Source: Antedon mediterranea (Eukaryota > Animalia > Echinodermata). From it: a stretch of DNA of 64,000 nucleotides. Both the position numbers and the translations under genes were made by a program. Every line of letters starts with the position of its first letter. The first letter of the stretch is position 1. Location: NCBI RefSeq assembly GCF_964355755.1, contig NC_092676.1, forward strand, positions 21,098,871 through 21,162,870, given 5' to 3'. The notes beneath the pieces were generated by a model that had not been told where the DNA came from, did no database searches, and saw nothing but the letters and a program-made list of their open reading frames with translations. This document shows, one piece after another, positions 14,851 through 30,267 of this stretch.

Positions 14851-17800
14851 AGGAATTGCCAATACATTTTGATTTTACTTCTCTCATTATAGGCCTACAG
14901 TTTATACTATAGAAATACTTCAATAGACAAACGCTGCTGTTAACCAATCACAATATTTTAATTGAGGTTTTTAAAAGAAATGAATAACGTCTTATTGTTT
15001 TATTGCACACAACTTTCAATAATTTATCTCCATAAATAGCACACTTTATTAAAGTGTAGTCTTAATTAATTAGGAATTTTGTTTTTCAAAGTGCAGTTGC
15101 TCATTATTGAATTGAAAGGGTACAAACTTAAATTAAGAAAAGTATTAATTGTCTGAATAGGAATAATCTCGTACAGAATAAATAATATCAATCCCGCCTA
15201 TGGGTTGTACAATTCAAACAAGGGTCAACTCCTTAAACCCCGCCATTGACCTTAGATGGTGCGCCAAAAGTTAAAGTGTACGGCGAAGTTCAAAGAGATA
15301 GAGGAACTAGGAAAAGACTCACATGCAAAGCCGATTGGATCAAGCCCCGTAGCGAGGACGTGCAAATATACATAGAATAAATAGTTTTTAGCAATCATTA
15401 TTCTTTTTATACTTGAAATAAAACTGGAACAATTCAATACCGTAGGGTCCTCCCGATACCCCTTTCTTAAAACCAGACTCGCAGACGTTTGAAACTGGTT
15501 CAGTCATGGAGTCGGCATTAAGCAAACATACATTTCTGTCATTCTTTGTTCACATTTAATGTTAATTGATGCATTTTCTTAAAGCACGACAAGAAAAAAA
15601 AATTGCACTAATCATGACCTATCGGGCAATATTACAATTAATATTGATATTAAACAAAAGTTCAAATTCAAACTTCAAATAAAACTAGATAAACAAAGTT
15701 TGTTATAGAGAACGGAGCGTTTCTGAGTTGTTGAAACGACATTTTAAAAAACATTTGTATTTCTTTTCGAATAGGCCAATATAGGTCTAATACCGCGTAC
15801 ATCTTATCGTATTTAAACCAATTTAGTTATAGAAACTCGTTTATTTAGATTTAAAATATTTTTAGAATTTTCAATAGCATAAAAGATTATGTGTTATAGC
15901 CTATAATAATTAATTAAAAATAGTGTGGATGTTGTTTGGTCCAGTTTTCTTATGAATGATATCTATCTTGGTGATCATGGTTAAAGTCTTAACTTTGGTA
16001 ATATTACAAACTACTTTTATTTAAATCTGTTTATATTTGTTTACAATTTGTACACAGTTGTACCGAACATCTGTCTCTGATAATTGTTGCACTGTAGACC
16101 TAGATGTTTTATGTTTCCTTGACGTCACTCATGTAACGCACAAGGTCAATATTCAATTAGGATGAGATTGACCTTGATCTTGCCACCTTATTATCTTTTT
16201 GACTACCCGACAATTATCAAAGAATTCGACGCCATATGTATTTAGTTTATTTGTACCATTTAAGATATCTCTTTTCAATTTAGCTCAATGATTACCATTT
16301 TTTCAGTGTATTACCTCTTAGCCACAATGAACACCTGGTTGTTGTATGCAAATCAGAGAAGACCATATTTTAATGTCGTAGGCCTATTTCTGTTAAAAAC
16401 AATACCTCCTTGGTATAACATTATTACTTTAATTTTCATTTTGTGGATGAAAAGGAGGAGGATGTGATGGTCAACTGCGGGCGGGCTTGCTGGCTCTGTA
16501 TAATTAAACTCGAGTTTATGGGATTGTATGGAGGATCTGTCCAGGTAACACCTTTAAAAAAAGCCATTCTCGTCTAACTTACAATTTTTCTACACAGTTA
16601 AACTAAAACTAGTAGAGGGACTTAATTTCTCATGGTATTAATGTTTGTGTTGCACGTTGAAGTGGTGTTGAATTTTCTCACTTATAAGAACTTTTTTTGT
16701 AAAAGATTTTATTCAATTAGGATTAATGTTCTCAGATTAAGGAGGTGGGTCAGACATTTAGGCACCACGCCCTCAGCACTTTAGGTAATCTATATGCAAA
16801 CTACGGTATAGTGTTATAAGTAAAAAATATATCAAATCTGAATATGGTATAGTTATAAGCTGGTTTGTAAATGCGATACCAAGACACAGCTGTTGGCTTA
16901 GAGAAGTTATCGTTAGCGATTAAGAGAAAAAGAAAATAACGATGAAATAATAGAACTTTGGTTTGGTAATGTTTGTTGGTATATTATGAGGTAAAAACAA
17001 TATGTTTTAGCAAATGATTGATGCAATAAACAAATAATATGTCCAGATAGCCTTTAGAAATATCAATAATATTAAGTAGTGTGTGTTTTGCCCAAGTAAA
17101 GAATAAACTAGTTTTGATTTTGCATTGGAAATGGGATCAATGCCTAAACAAACAGTCATGGATAGATTAAAAATTCCTGCTAGATTCAGATAGGGCTGAA
17201 TACACTTCTAGACTAGATGAATGGTTCAGCTTTGAGAACCTCAAGCTTCTTCAACATTAGCCTAAATTGCTATAAATAATATGGGCCAGTTATACGATTT
17301 TATTTTCAATCTGATAAAACCGTTTTAAAATATATTCAACAAAACTTATAAGCGCAATGTAGAATGTATACATAGGACTGTACATCTGTTTAATTGTTTG
17401 GAGAAATGGAAAACTATATATTACACAGCAAATGTACTTTTTAGGTATAGGCCTATTATAATAATTCATTGGATATTGTGCTACTTGTTTGCTGTAAAAC
17501 TGATCTTGAACTGTGTAAATATTTACTCGGAGTTGTTTAAAAGTACAGTTATATTGCATATAACGCATTGGATAGGCCTCGGGCAATATCGTTCTGTATT
17601 TAGGAACAGTAAGTATATATATATGATTGTTACTCGCAGCTTTTGAATAAAACCCAAATAGCAAAATATTCGGTAACTGTTTCAATAGATTTGATAAGTC
17701 AATTGGTGTATATTGAATTGTACACAAGCCAATGAAGGACATATTAAATAAAATGTTTTTAGAACTTAGGCCTATTTTGTAGCGTAACCAATTGATAATT

Positions 17801-17859
17801 GTGGTGGGGCACGATGGAGAATAGAAATACCGTAGTAGAAATAGGAATATTGAGTACTG

Positions 17860-18130
17860 TAGGCCTACATAAGCATTGTGCTTGAATTATTATCTATTGA
17901 TGACTTGTTTAAATTACATAGACTTTCATTAGGATTTAAGTTGTTGAAAGGTTACTGCCCCCATTCTTTCAATGAGTATATTAAAACTAGTGAAAGATGT
18001 CCGGGTAGGCTTTTACGTTGGAATTCGAAAGGCAATACTTTTCATAATTCTGTATTTGTTTCCTTTCCTAGACTATGGGAGCAAATACCAAATGACATAA
18101 AAGATTCACAAACAATTTCTAACTGCTGCT
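17860..18130 (+). mobile_element. Degenerate LINE ORF2 3' end (CR1/L2/Jockey group)
   Basis: LELLSIDDLFKLHRL...SFPRLWEQIPNDIKDSQTI resembles the 'L.lL.......P.LWN.LP..I' C-terminal motif of CR1/L2-group ORF2. Confidence 0.55.
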
Positions 18131-21100
18131 CTAACAAAACACTATATTTCATGTTATGTATAGTTTATTTGTATTTTTCTTGTATATGGTTTTATCTTAA
18201 CTGTTTGTATTGTATGGAGTGATTGCAGAATCTGTTTGGGCTTTAGCCTATTCTCATTCCTGGTTATTTTTACATTGATGACCGAATAAATATTATTATT
18301 ATTATTATTATTATAGATACCGATCCATGATATAAGTAACGAAAATGCAGCAGTAAAAAACAGCAATAGCAGTATTTGTCGTTAGTATAGACTTGTAACA
18401 AAACCATGTAGGCCTAGGCCTACATATTGATACTGTGTAAATATTCTAATGTTGCGTAGAAATGTATAGTAACTTGTGATTGTGCTGAAGTTTAACAAAT
18501 TACGTAGATCTTTAGAATTTAAAAAATAAACGATAATATACACTTGCATAAAGATAATCAATGATTACCAATAAACAGCTAGTTTGGTATTAGACCGACA
18601 TTACTTACTATATTATTTAGGTCTAACATGATTTGTGATGGTGCAAACTAGTTTTTATAAATTGCGTAAGGACCTTTAGAATGTAACAAATAAACGATAA
18701 CATACATGCATGAAGATAATTGATGATTATTAATATAACAAAATAAAAACTTTTTATTTATATTTCGATATTAGAATACTGTATTTTATTTATAGGTGCA
18801 AAGTCTTGACAATTTCGATCATTAACCAGATATAACGGATCCAAGGCAACATTAACTTTAGCATGTAGTTTTACTTTCCAAAAAACTAACAACGTATTGT
18901 TGTTTGTTTTAATCATTATCATTCAATAAGGTTATTATGTGTAACGATACATTATGAACACAGGTAATTTAAGTTCTTTCTGATCTCTAACAACTCAAAA
19001 ACTAATTATCTTTAAATCAATTGTTTGTAATCAATTGTCTACTAATTCGGCAGTAGAATTGAACGCTATAACTTCGTATTTGGCAGTAAAGTAAGCCTAG
19101 TTAGCCTAATTAACCAATGAAGGCCTTCATTAACCAATGAAGTCTGAATCAAAACATTAATTTTTCAACTCAGGTCTCCAAAATACAAAATAGATAGCTA
19201 CAATCACCAAAAAATGAGGTCTTAGTAATTAAACTTGTCTATATTACGAATTTTAAGTAGGCCTTACTAATAGTACTTACGTTATTAGGTCTATATATGT
19301 ATTTCCTTGATGGATGCGCAAATGGAAATGTGAATGGAAAGGTAGCGCTAAATAACTTGGACGAAGAATGCCTTTATATTTGACATTTCATTATCATTTT
19401 GGTCACATATTTGCTACTGTAGGCCCTATATTTGTATAATATATAGGCATATCACATTTCGGGAAGTTCTATTTACTCGTATAATGTATATTTTATATTT
19501 GAATCATAATAATTCGAGGTACATGTCGTAATAATTCCTTGTTTAGCAACAGTATGCTTAATAGAATACCATAAAATAGAAATACAATTCATCTTGTAGG
19601 CTTGTTAATATACATAAATATTGTTAAAATTTAACTAGCTGATCAGTTTTGTTCAGACGGAGATCCGTAATATGTGCAATAATAATATAAACTCCAACGG
19701 AAATAAGTTGTTTTTTTTTTAAATTTTTTTTTTGCCTCAGTATCTTGGCCTAAATATGTATTGTACGTCAATTAAACATTTTTTGTTACTTGGCCTACTG
19801 TAATTGGTTTTTAATCGCTATCTCATGCTTTTCTGAATTTTGATTTTATTGAAGTTTTATACAATGTAACTACCATTGTAGTGTATTGCTTGTAATCGTA
19901 CTTGACAAAATGGAAAGTTGCAACATAATTATGTACTTTAAACGAAATATTGTTCTATATGAATATATTCACCTAAATTAGTTAATTAATGATAATAAAT
20001 TTTGTTTTTGGATAATTTAAAAAAAAAATGAAAAAGGGGAATTTTTTTTCTGAGTGAAGTTGTTGTTGGAAGTTGTGAGCTTAAGACATTTTTGGAGACA
20101 TACTTCTGTTTAACGGACAAAAAGTAACCAATACTGTAACTTAAAGCAGATTAAGATATATGATAGTGTTATTTGATACATTATGTTATATAAGTCACGT
20201 GGGAAGAGAGTTACATATTTTTAGCGTTTGATTCTGCCTCGTTTAACAACCCTTGTAAATCCGTATCTATTTTCGTTACAGAGTAGTTAAACGGACATTT
20301 TGGAAACCGTAGACGCAAACAATTTTTTTTCAAAATAACAATCATAATTCAAGCTTAAATTCACTAATTAAAAACTTCCCAAAGAAGGAACTGTAGTATT
20401 TTTCTAGATATTTTGTAGGGTTTAAGGCAGCCCTTGGCTATGATTACCGCAGTCTATTTAGAAACAACCTGTTGACTAACAAGAGCCATACAGGTAATCT
20501 ACAATAGGTGTGTATAGGAATTGCTAGAAAATAACATTGACCCCGGCGTATACTATTGCGGCTGGGCTCAAGGTCACGTTATAGATTTCCGCAGCAATGC
20601 CCGCAGCGCATGCTTATTCTTCTTATAAGGGCTCTGCGAGAGGGCTGTATAATACCAAGCTTACAGGAAGCTGGCTTTGTCAAAGCCTACAAACAGTATT
20701 CTTTCCATTTTGTTTTCTTTAGGCTTATCGTCGTTGCTACTTGGCATTTAAATTTCCCTTTACGGTAACCTTGGACCTAAAAGAAAAGCAAAGTTATCGA
20801 AAATAAATACGTCTAAAAAGTACAACACCATACACGCGATGCAGAGATATTAATGAAGTTTTACATCATCTTGTTGCACGCAATGCTAAAATAAAAAAAA
20901 AACTTTTGTAAAGATTTTAGTTTTCTCTTCCTGAATTTAACAGTTGGTTGGTTTCATAATTGGTTAAACAAATTATTTACTTTTTATTTAATCGCAATTA
21001 TTATTAATATAACAATTAGAAAATTTCAATCAACAATCGTCGGCTTACCCCTCGGCTTCTGAACACATTAATGGCATTGATTGTAGAAGAAAGATGAATG

Positions 21101-24100
21101 AGCATATTAGCATTACATAATTGTGCGTTGATGTGCATCCGACCTTAAAACAATAAGTGTCATCTTCAACAGCCACGCCCATTATTTAATTATATTCTAC
21201 GATACCGGTATTTGAAAGTTTGATCGATAGAAATATTTCTTCCCTACCCTAGGATTTGTAGAACATTTTTAAATTTTGAAATAATAAAGGATGTTTTTTT
21301 TATAATGACATTAAAGATATTTTCATTAAAAAGATACGGTAATAGGCCTACATTAGAAAATAATTTGTAGTTTTTTTTTAAATTTCGTATGGCACATATG
21401 ACCAAACTAAAAATATTTATCTGATAAAATGTAATTTAAAACAAAAAAAAGTCATCAGAATCTCAAAATGATCTATTCAAAGATAAATTTTTATTGATCT
21501 TCATTTTTCATGTTTTGAAAATATTATTATTATATAATATTTATTTACATTTTACATTTGTTCTGATTATTTTGCTTGTTAAAATGTTAATATTTATATA
21601 AGCACATTTAATTTTTTTAAATGGAATATAATAGGCATAAATAGTTTGATGAATAACTATTGACCCTTAGATAAATACAGAGGGCGTAACATGCAAACTG
21701 ATCAATATATTTAACTTAATTATTAATCAAATGCTTGCTTTTAACTTGTTCACAACGACGAGGTTCGACGAGGCTGAAGTTATCATGTTAAATGTACCAA
21801 AGAACTCCTTCGTAAAGCCTAAAGATTCGTCATATGGTACATTAATTAATTTTATCTCGTATCATCAGGTAAATATTAAAGATTGTTGGTTTCAATTACG
21901 ATTTTCAAAATAAATATTTCTCTTGTCCGTTGTATCTTTAGAATTTGGAAACCCTAATCAATTTACACTATTTATCAAGAATACAGGACTATTATTATTG
22001 TCTGAGTTGACATAGAGAAAGTTTTTTATTGTGGAAATCATCATCACCATAACTTCAAATACAAACACATTTCATTGAAGTTCTGTTGAAAAATTCACCT
22101 TTTAAATTTAACTTTTAATTGGCTTATTTTATAATAATAATTATGATGTATTCAATTTAATAAATTAGTTACCGTATTCATTTTAAATTAGTTCATAAAT
22201 GATTTATAAAAATAGTTTGGAAAACAGTACGGTACCATACTTACCGTACACCTTATTATTTATGAGAAATTTATAAATAACTTTTATAAATTAATTTAAA
22301 ATAAAAAAGAGATAATACCCGGCTAAATGTCACTTCTTGAACCGGGATATATAATAAAGAATTATTTAAAAAAAAATAAAATAAGGTAGGGGCTTAATTT
22401 GAGATAACATCACAAATGATGTGGTAATTGCTTGAAACGTCTGGAAATTACCGGTAAACTTTAATTTGTTAACTTGTTACTATATTATCGTATTATATTA
22501 AAAAGCAAGTAATCTCCTTCAACAATACATGGTATAATACAAGTATATAACACTGACATTTAAGACAAGAAAAATAACGGTGTTTTGGGAATGTCTATTA
22601 CTTAACCATAGAAAAAATAGCAGACTGTTGTTTGACAAGTACTTTGTATATTTCATTTGGAGCCAGATTATGAATAAATTCAATTCAGTTTGTTTTTCAT
22701 CAACACTTTATCAGTATTGATTTCCTTACAAATTACATATATCTATTGTAATAAAAAACCAACATGTTTCGTAAGCACGTCAAATAGAGAATGATTCTAG
22801 CTTTTAGAAAAAAGAATTAAGAAGTTTTATATCCGTGGTTAGTTGAGTTTGGCGCCGCTACTGTTTTGCTACGCCTCTGGCGGTACACGCTTGTACAATG
22901 AGCTTTGGCAATACCTGTGTACAGCATGGAAATTCTATCTTGTCGTTTATCCGTAACCAATTGTTGTCAATCCAATAACACTAACTAATATTGTAGAAAG
23001 GTGTCCAATTGCTCCTTAAATACACTTCGTAATTAATTACCTGTTACTAAATAATCCGAATGAGTGTTAAATTAATCGATACGATTAAGCAAATTTGGTA
23101 TGTTTAATTTTTCAAGCAAGTAATAGGGATAAAATTGTGTAAGCGCGATGGTATATTCTAATTGGTTGCACTCGATTTAACTTAATGTTGTTTTATGATT
23201 TGGATGTGGTTATGTCGCATGCTCAACTGCTCCGGTACAAATGAATGAAGAAGATCTAGCCTACGATTTCACGCATCTTTTGATTTATATAGCAAGCAGA
23301 TAGATCAAGAAACTCAGCGAATATACTTGCCTACCAATTCCTCCATGGGCTTTTACCATGGGTAATTTTACAGTAAGCCTAAAGTTTGAAAACGAAAGCA
23401 CTGACCAAACTCGTTGTTGATATATGGAAACACGTTTTCCTTCAGAAAAAAACCCAATTTAAATCATGATGTACTTTTAATGTTCTGTTTCTCACTTCTT
23501 TCTTATGTGAGGGTACTACATTCTATAAAGTGATACTAATCATTGTTTTTATCATAATCATCATATCACTCATGAACCTAATCACGACCGGACACGATTT
23601 ACGCTAACATCATAACAAATTTGAAACATCTTCAAAGATATTTTTCCGAAGGTCACCAATATTGTTTGAATTAAATTTTCCACTTGAACTGAGCATGACA
23701 TTCTAGGCCTACCTGTTAAGACAAAGACCAATTTCAAGGTCAGAATTTAGCAATCCAAAGAAGCCTAATCAACTAGAAACATTTCGTGCATACGACTGAT
23801 TTTAAATTTTCCGGGTAATAGCATAAACATAGCAATTTTACGTTGTTCATATATTGTTTTTACTATACAATAAAATTAATTACCGTAGACTGACACGCGA
23901 TTATCATATCCTAATTTTAAATTTAAAATCAATTGGTGGCGGGTTTCATGTATTGTGCTTGAGTGTTAGGCCTATAGTATCTTGTATTAAGAATGATTAA
24001 ATAACGAAATAATAGTAAACGCGAGTTAAATTGGCAGATTAACAGTGATAATGATAACTAAGTACGTGCATGTACTGACCTAAATATTGTCACGAATTAT

Positions 24101-27100
24101 TTTGAGCAAAACCTATTTCTAATTTGCCAACAATTTCTACTTCTTTCAGTACACTAAGTAGGCCCTAGACCGTATTAATTTAAATAATCAATTACAAATT
24201 AAAAACAATTGTGGAAATGGAACAAAATATATAGCATCCATTTAATCCTCAATAGGCCGATTTAATAGATATGTATTGTGTTGTAAAAACACATGCGCAC
24301 CTAAAGTTCAAAAAAATGGCAAGATCACATGGTTCTAATGACGTAAAATTTAGAATAGCACCTGAAATGTTGCATTTAGGCCTAATAACTTCACGAAATG
24401 GAATCAATCTAAATTACCAATAGAACGCAAAGTCAGACTATAATACGATAGTACGACCTCTATACTAAGGGAGCTTTTCCGCCTTCGTGTCGGGAAGGCG
24501 ATTTTATATACATGAACTAACATACTCTCCCATCTAATATTGTTGGATATACAGTATTTGGGAAGTTTATTATATTGTAGAAAAAAAATCCTATGAATTG
24601 TACTTGTTAGATTTAGTACATTTTATCAGTCTATACTGTACGGTACACTTTTATAGTAGTTACCAAGAAAATTAATTGGAATTCTATTTTCTGCTATGAT
24701 ACTCTGTTGATTTCAATGTAAACTATTCCAAAACAAAAACACACAAAAAAACAAAAAAAAAACAAAGAAAACAAAAATTACAAAAAACAAACAAAAACAA
24801 ATAAACTAAATCAAATTGATTTTTAAAGTTTGATGTAGGTTAAAAGATTCTATAAAAAGGTATTGTTTCGGGTTACTAACTTTGGTTCAGGTTTTCCAAA
24901 TATCTTTTGAATAGCTTGTTTACAGGCCTAACGGGTACGGAAGGAGACATGGTCTAGTGTGTAAGTGATGATAGAGCCTAGGCTATTGTTACCAATTAAT
25001 TAGTTTATTTAGATATGTTTTGTATCTAAAGAAATCAAATACAGCAATGCATTTACATTTTATTTTACTAGTAGCAAACACAGTGACAGCTCAATAGACA
25101 TTTATTTTTCAATGTATTTAACGAATAATAGCGTTACCACAAGATATGTTCTGAACCTACACTTTGAAAGTGGAAGTCGGCCATAAAAGAAACCAAACAC
25201 TATAGCAATGTAGTCATATGTTATTTCAACTGACAATGTATTAAAAAATAGAAACAAAAAACAGCAATAGGCCTAAGTAATACAATATTTGATTCTTCTT
25301 CTAATTTGTCTTTATAACAATAGCTTTACCACAACCCATATTAATACTTTAAAAAAATAAAAACTTAGACGCAAGATAATTCAATGTAGCAAATAAACGT
25401 TAACAAAACACTGTATGGTACGGTATACGTTTATAATTCGTAGGCCAATGACTAGTTGAATTAAACCAACTTGCTGTAAAAGAACCAAGCACGTAACAAC
25501 CAGACTTAAACTTAATATAGTATCATCATTCAACGAAATATAGAATTTTTTCAGAAATTTAAATCGTATACATACTCACTCACTTCAGCACAAGTTGAAA
25601 ATAAATCGAAAGAATATCTTTCCCAGCAATTGTTGACTTAAATGTAGAGATACTGTATACTTATAAGTAACGCTGTAAGCATGTGCTTTTCCAAAACTGG
25701 AATAAAATGCGCATTACTATAAGTTTGGATAAAAGTTTATTAGGATTTGATTGGCTGTGTTGGTAATGCCTTTTCGATTGGTCAAATAGTTTCCGATCTG
25801 TTTCTCTGTCAGTAATGAACGAACTTAATTTTATTACAACTGTTTATGTTTAAAAATCAAGTTGAACCGAATGTGATTTAGAGATTTACCTAGAGATGAT
25901 GACAGTTCTTGTTCTTGTTGAATGAAATGAGAGGTAGGCCTACAATTTAAAAATAATATTTCAACTAAAGAAGAAAAATATCAACACAATGGTTAAAGAT
26001 ATATTGTCACCTTAAAAATATTTTTTTTTCTATTTTTTTGTTGAATGTGCCATTTTAATGTCACAAAATATTTGTTCACTTTGACCAAAAACTGGGTCGA
26101 AAAATATTATTTACCTGAAAAAATGTAATTTAAAGCAAAAAAAACAAACATATAACAAAACCCATATTGTCTGTCAGACAATTGTTTTTGGTTATTTATT
26201 TCTTTCGTCTTTTTATAAGTGAAATAATTGGGGTTTTTTGTGTTTTTTTTACAGAAGTGAATAACTTCAAAAACGACCTATAGAAAATCAGATTTTATTA
26301 ATCTACATTTTTAAGGAAAGAAAATCGAATTTACTACCACACATAACATGAAGTAGTTCTAATTCTCGTTTCTTTGTTTAATGTTTTAGACTTGGCGTTA
26401 CATAATGCCAAATAATTTTATTATCGTACCTTGAGCTTAAATGCCAAATTGACTGTTTATTCAGATACAGTACATGTTACGCACAATATATTGAATACGT
26501 AGTTTAGACTAAAAATATAGCGCGAATTACTATAACTACAAAATTGGACAGACTATATTAATTCATTACAGGAACTGTGATAGTCTGGGCTCCAGACGGA
26601 GTTTTGTCTTAATATTAGTAAAAATATAAATATGTTTGCACATATGGCGTTTCATACGTGTATTACTTGAGTTTGTATTTTCAGAGAAAAATCGCGGTCG
26701 AAATAAAAACAAATAAATATAAAAAAAAAGACAATAAATACAGACTTGGGGCAAGTCTAGAACTGTGATTAATCATTTAGTTAAAATTGCAGATTGTTTA
26801 CATTGTTAGACATAAAATGGCTAGATTTGTTTTTGTCTTGAGTGATGAAAAGCACACTCTTCCCTTTCCGCAACGTCATGAAAAAAGTACAGTCACGTGG
26901 AGTTTGAGTGTAGTGTAATTGTTGAAGTTTCATCTCTTATTGTGTTAAAATATCAAACTTGACGCGAGAGAAAAAAGATCTTATTTAAAATCGAGATTCA
27001 AAGAAATAAACTACTTCCGGTTTAGAAGTGCTTCAATTAAAAAGTGAACAAATAAAGGAAATTCAATGACATGTAATTCGCTCTTGAAAATTAACCAATA

Positions 27101-27454
27101 TTACATAAGACAGTTAATTAAGTACTTAACTTGTTGCGTGTAGTCTTTTTTGGTGTTTTTGTTTTGATTTTTTTCGAAAAATGGTCAAATGTCATATTCT
27201 TATTTTAATGTTTATTTTACTCGTACGATTTGGTATTCTCATTTTCTCGTTTTGCTAATTGACAGTAACGGTATTGTTTCTAAACAATTTACTCTACTGT
27301 TAATTACTATTTTTTTAAATATTACATTGACAATTTGTTTTTGGTTAATTCTTTATGTGATAAATAATTATATGTTGAAAAAATCGTAGGCTTAGGTAAC
27401 ACTCATCAAGATTGCCAATGTTTTTTTAATTTTTTTTTTATTTATAACTTAGCA

Positions 27455-27590
27455 TATTTATTTCACATTCATATCTTAACAAATTCATTTCACGTTCTTG
27501 TCTTAACGTGGTATACCTTAACGTTCATTCACATTCATATCTTAACATATTCATATCTTGGCGTTCATTTCACATTCATATCTTAACGTC
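27455..27590. repeat. Short degenerate tandem repeat with unit TTCATTTCACATTCATATCTTAAC (about 4 copies)
   Basis: Unit recurs directly at ~27459, 27484, 27527 and 27564. Confidence 0.7.
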
Positions 27591-29249
27591 AATGTTATTA
27601 TTAATCTACAAATGTGTTTATGCGTAAGAGGGTTAGGATGTACAATTGGTATAATTACTCACCACTTATTCCATCAATATAACCATTACCACCCCGCCGC
27701 CCCCAACCTCCCCAACCAAAGAATCGTTCGCGCGCCCTTAAAGTCCTACACAAGCTACACAACAGGTTTTTGTTGTTGTCACGTGAATATCAACGAATGA
27801 GTGTTGACAGCTATAGTAGGAAGTAAGATAGTCAACAAAGATGTTTTTCGAATAAGCGGAAAACAATAATGTCGTTTTTAATTCCAAATTTTAATCAATA
27901 AATTAGTTTTTATTGTTTCTAAGGGCCTATCTGTTGTAAATTACGTGTTTTAATGTCACAACAATCACTTTTAAATGTCGACTTTAATTAGTTTTCAAAT
28001 GTATAGGCCTACTGTTTATAGTTAGTATCTAACTTTTGATGATGATGATGTTTGTTGTCAATTCAAGTTGTTAAACAGCCTATTTCAAGACCTAGGTCTA
28101 GGTTTTTTCGCATAATAAATATCGCTGTGATGAATCACATTTCAAGAGAATTACGGTGTATTTTGGACTGATGTAGGTCTACCCTATTCATAAGGTCTAA
28201 ATGTTTGACTTGTGGATTACAAGTGAGAACCAACTTAAGTCAACTTGACAGTATCTTTAACTTATATCTACATGGTAAAATCATTGACATATAGGCCTAT
28301 AAATGTTAGGTCCATGGTAAAAGGTTAGATTTGTATGTCTGTATATGGATCAACATTTAATGAGGAGTTGTATCTCATTGAATAAAACTCGATGAATATT
28401 ACCACAATATTATCATTGGTTTTAATCACACCATAGATCAACATGATATCGTCAAAATAATCCTCTCTAGCCGCTGACAATCTAATTAGTCATAATAATG
28501 CTTTATGCGTATAAAAGCCGGTATAACACTATTCAGATTGCTAGAGATAACTTACTTGATAATCGAAATCAAGTCTTAAGGCCTGACTAACTAATTACCG
28601 ATGATATTGTCTCTCTCTGTAACGTATGTCTCATGGTTTTCATGCCACATAACAATTTTAATTCTAAGCTTTCTTAGCTTAGCTTAGAATTCATTATTTG
28701 GGATACCCCGTATTTAGGGACACTTTCTTGCGCAAAACATGGAAAATGTGTTTCAACACAACTGCCAACGAGGACTCTTCACTGTTGAGTCCTGCATATA
28801 AATGAATGATAATGACTACCTCTTCTTATCACGTACTTAATATGAATTCCAATTTAGTAAATATTAACAAATTCAATTAATGAAATCACTTCTGTTGAAC
28901 TTTGTTGTTATTATTAGGATAAAAGACAATATATTGTCTCTCTGTTGTGAATTCAAATACTACTGGTTCGTAGACCTACCTTTGTTATCGTCTTTATCCA
29001 TTACCTAATATTAACTAGATGGTTCTCGAATACACAGTAATTTCAGTGTAAAAAAAATGGAGATTTCAAATGTTCGTACCGCAGGACTATAAATACATTG
29101 TCGAAATAAATAAATAAATAGACACGATGAATAATGTAGTCAACTAAAATTAGCACCCTGGGAATTAGGCCTACTTCCAAATCAGAAACTTGTCTTAAAA
29201 ATATGTCCAAATTTTTTATTTGAACTCATTTAAAAAACCCAATATATGT

Positions 29250-30267
29250 TATGTAACATTAGAGTTGAGGGATGGGGAAGAGGATGGGAAGATATTCTTT
29301 ATCCACTCAGTAACGAAATATTGTTTTAAATGTTTTATAGGCCTATCAATAATATACCACTAAACACAGTAAAACATTTACAATTTAATACTTTTTAAAA
29401 ACTGTTCCTGATAGTCGATTGAAATAGTAAAGTACGATACACCACTAGGACGTTTATATGTATTTTTTATAATTATTAATTAATAGGCCTACAAACGTTG
29501 AGAAGCAACTGTCAATAACAAAGTTTTTATTTGTATATTATGTGTTTATATATCCAGCAGTAGAGCCTACCCACAGTCACAGTAATAAATGTTCTTTGTA
29601 TGTGTTTATATAACCACATTCACAGTAAGAAGATTTCGAATCAAATGGTGACCAAAAATGGTTAATACGTATATACAATATTATCAAAGTATTGCAATAC
29701 TATATATCTCAGTTGTAAGTTTATTCTCCAAGGGCCCATAAATTTACCTACTTGTGTTAAACCAAGGACTCATAAATTCACCTACAAACTGGGAGTCTGA
29801 GAGATTGGAATGTTCCATTCATCGCAAATCAATACATTTGTATAAACGTACATTACATCTATCAAAATAGTATTTTTTAAAGAAAATCGGCCTGTCTTCA
29901 ACATTATGATGCAGTACTCGAGCTGTTCAACCGGTTTTCAGCTATTAAAAACAATTATCGTAGGAGGAGATAGGAAAATGCAAAGTATCCTCGTATTATT
30001 GTGTGCAGGTATTTTTCATGAGGACATCCATTAGACAGCGTATACCACGATCAGAAAACACCCCTATATGGGGCAAATCTTTGAACCTAAATTCGTTTTA
30101 ATTGTCAATAACTAATTATCTAACTAAATTTAATTATTAAACAGGGTTACATCAGGTGGTTAAAATCAGTACCAAGATTCTAACCAACTTTATATACCAT
30201 CGAGTAAACATTCTAGGAGTAACGCGCGATTTACCGAATTTTGCCCTTACGTAAATTTATATATAGA
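29250..30267 (+). repeat. Local ~1-kb direct duplication, copy A
   Basis: Colinear with 31643-32680, from TATGTAACATTAG.GTTGAGGGATGGG to CCCTTACGTAAATTTATATATAGA, with scattered substitutions and indels. Confidence 0.9.

Noticed and set aside
15238-15380. Short open frame PPLTLDGAPKVKVYGEVQRDRG...
   Set aside because: No recognisable motif and no convincing splice sites.
17290-17742. Longest ORFs in the track (150 aa on minus and an overlapping 82 aa on plus)
   Set aside because: AT-driven Y/I/F/N composition, no motif and no compatible splice partners; adjacent to a LINE remnant.
24728-24812. A/C-rich tract
   Set aside because: Simple low-complexity (CAAAA)n-like sequence with no further structure.
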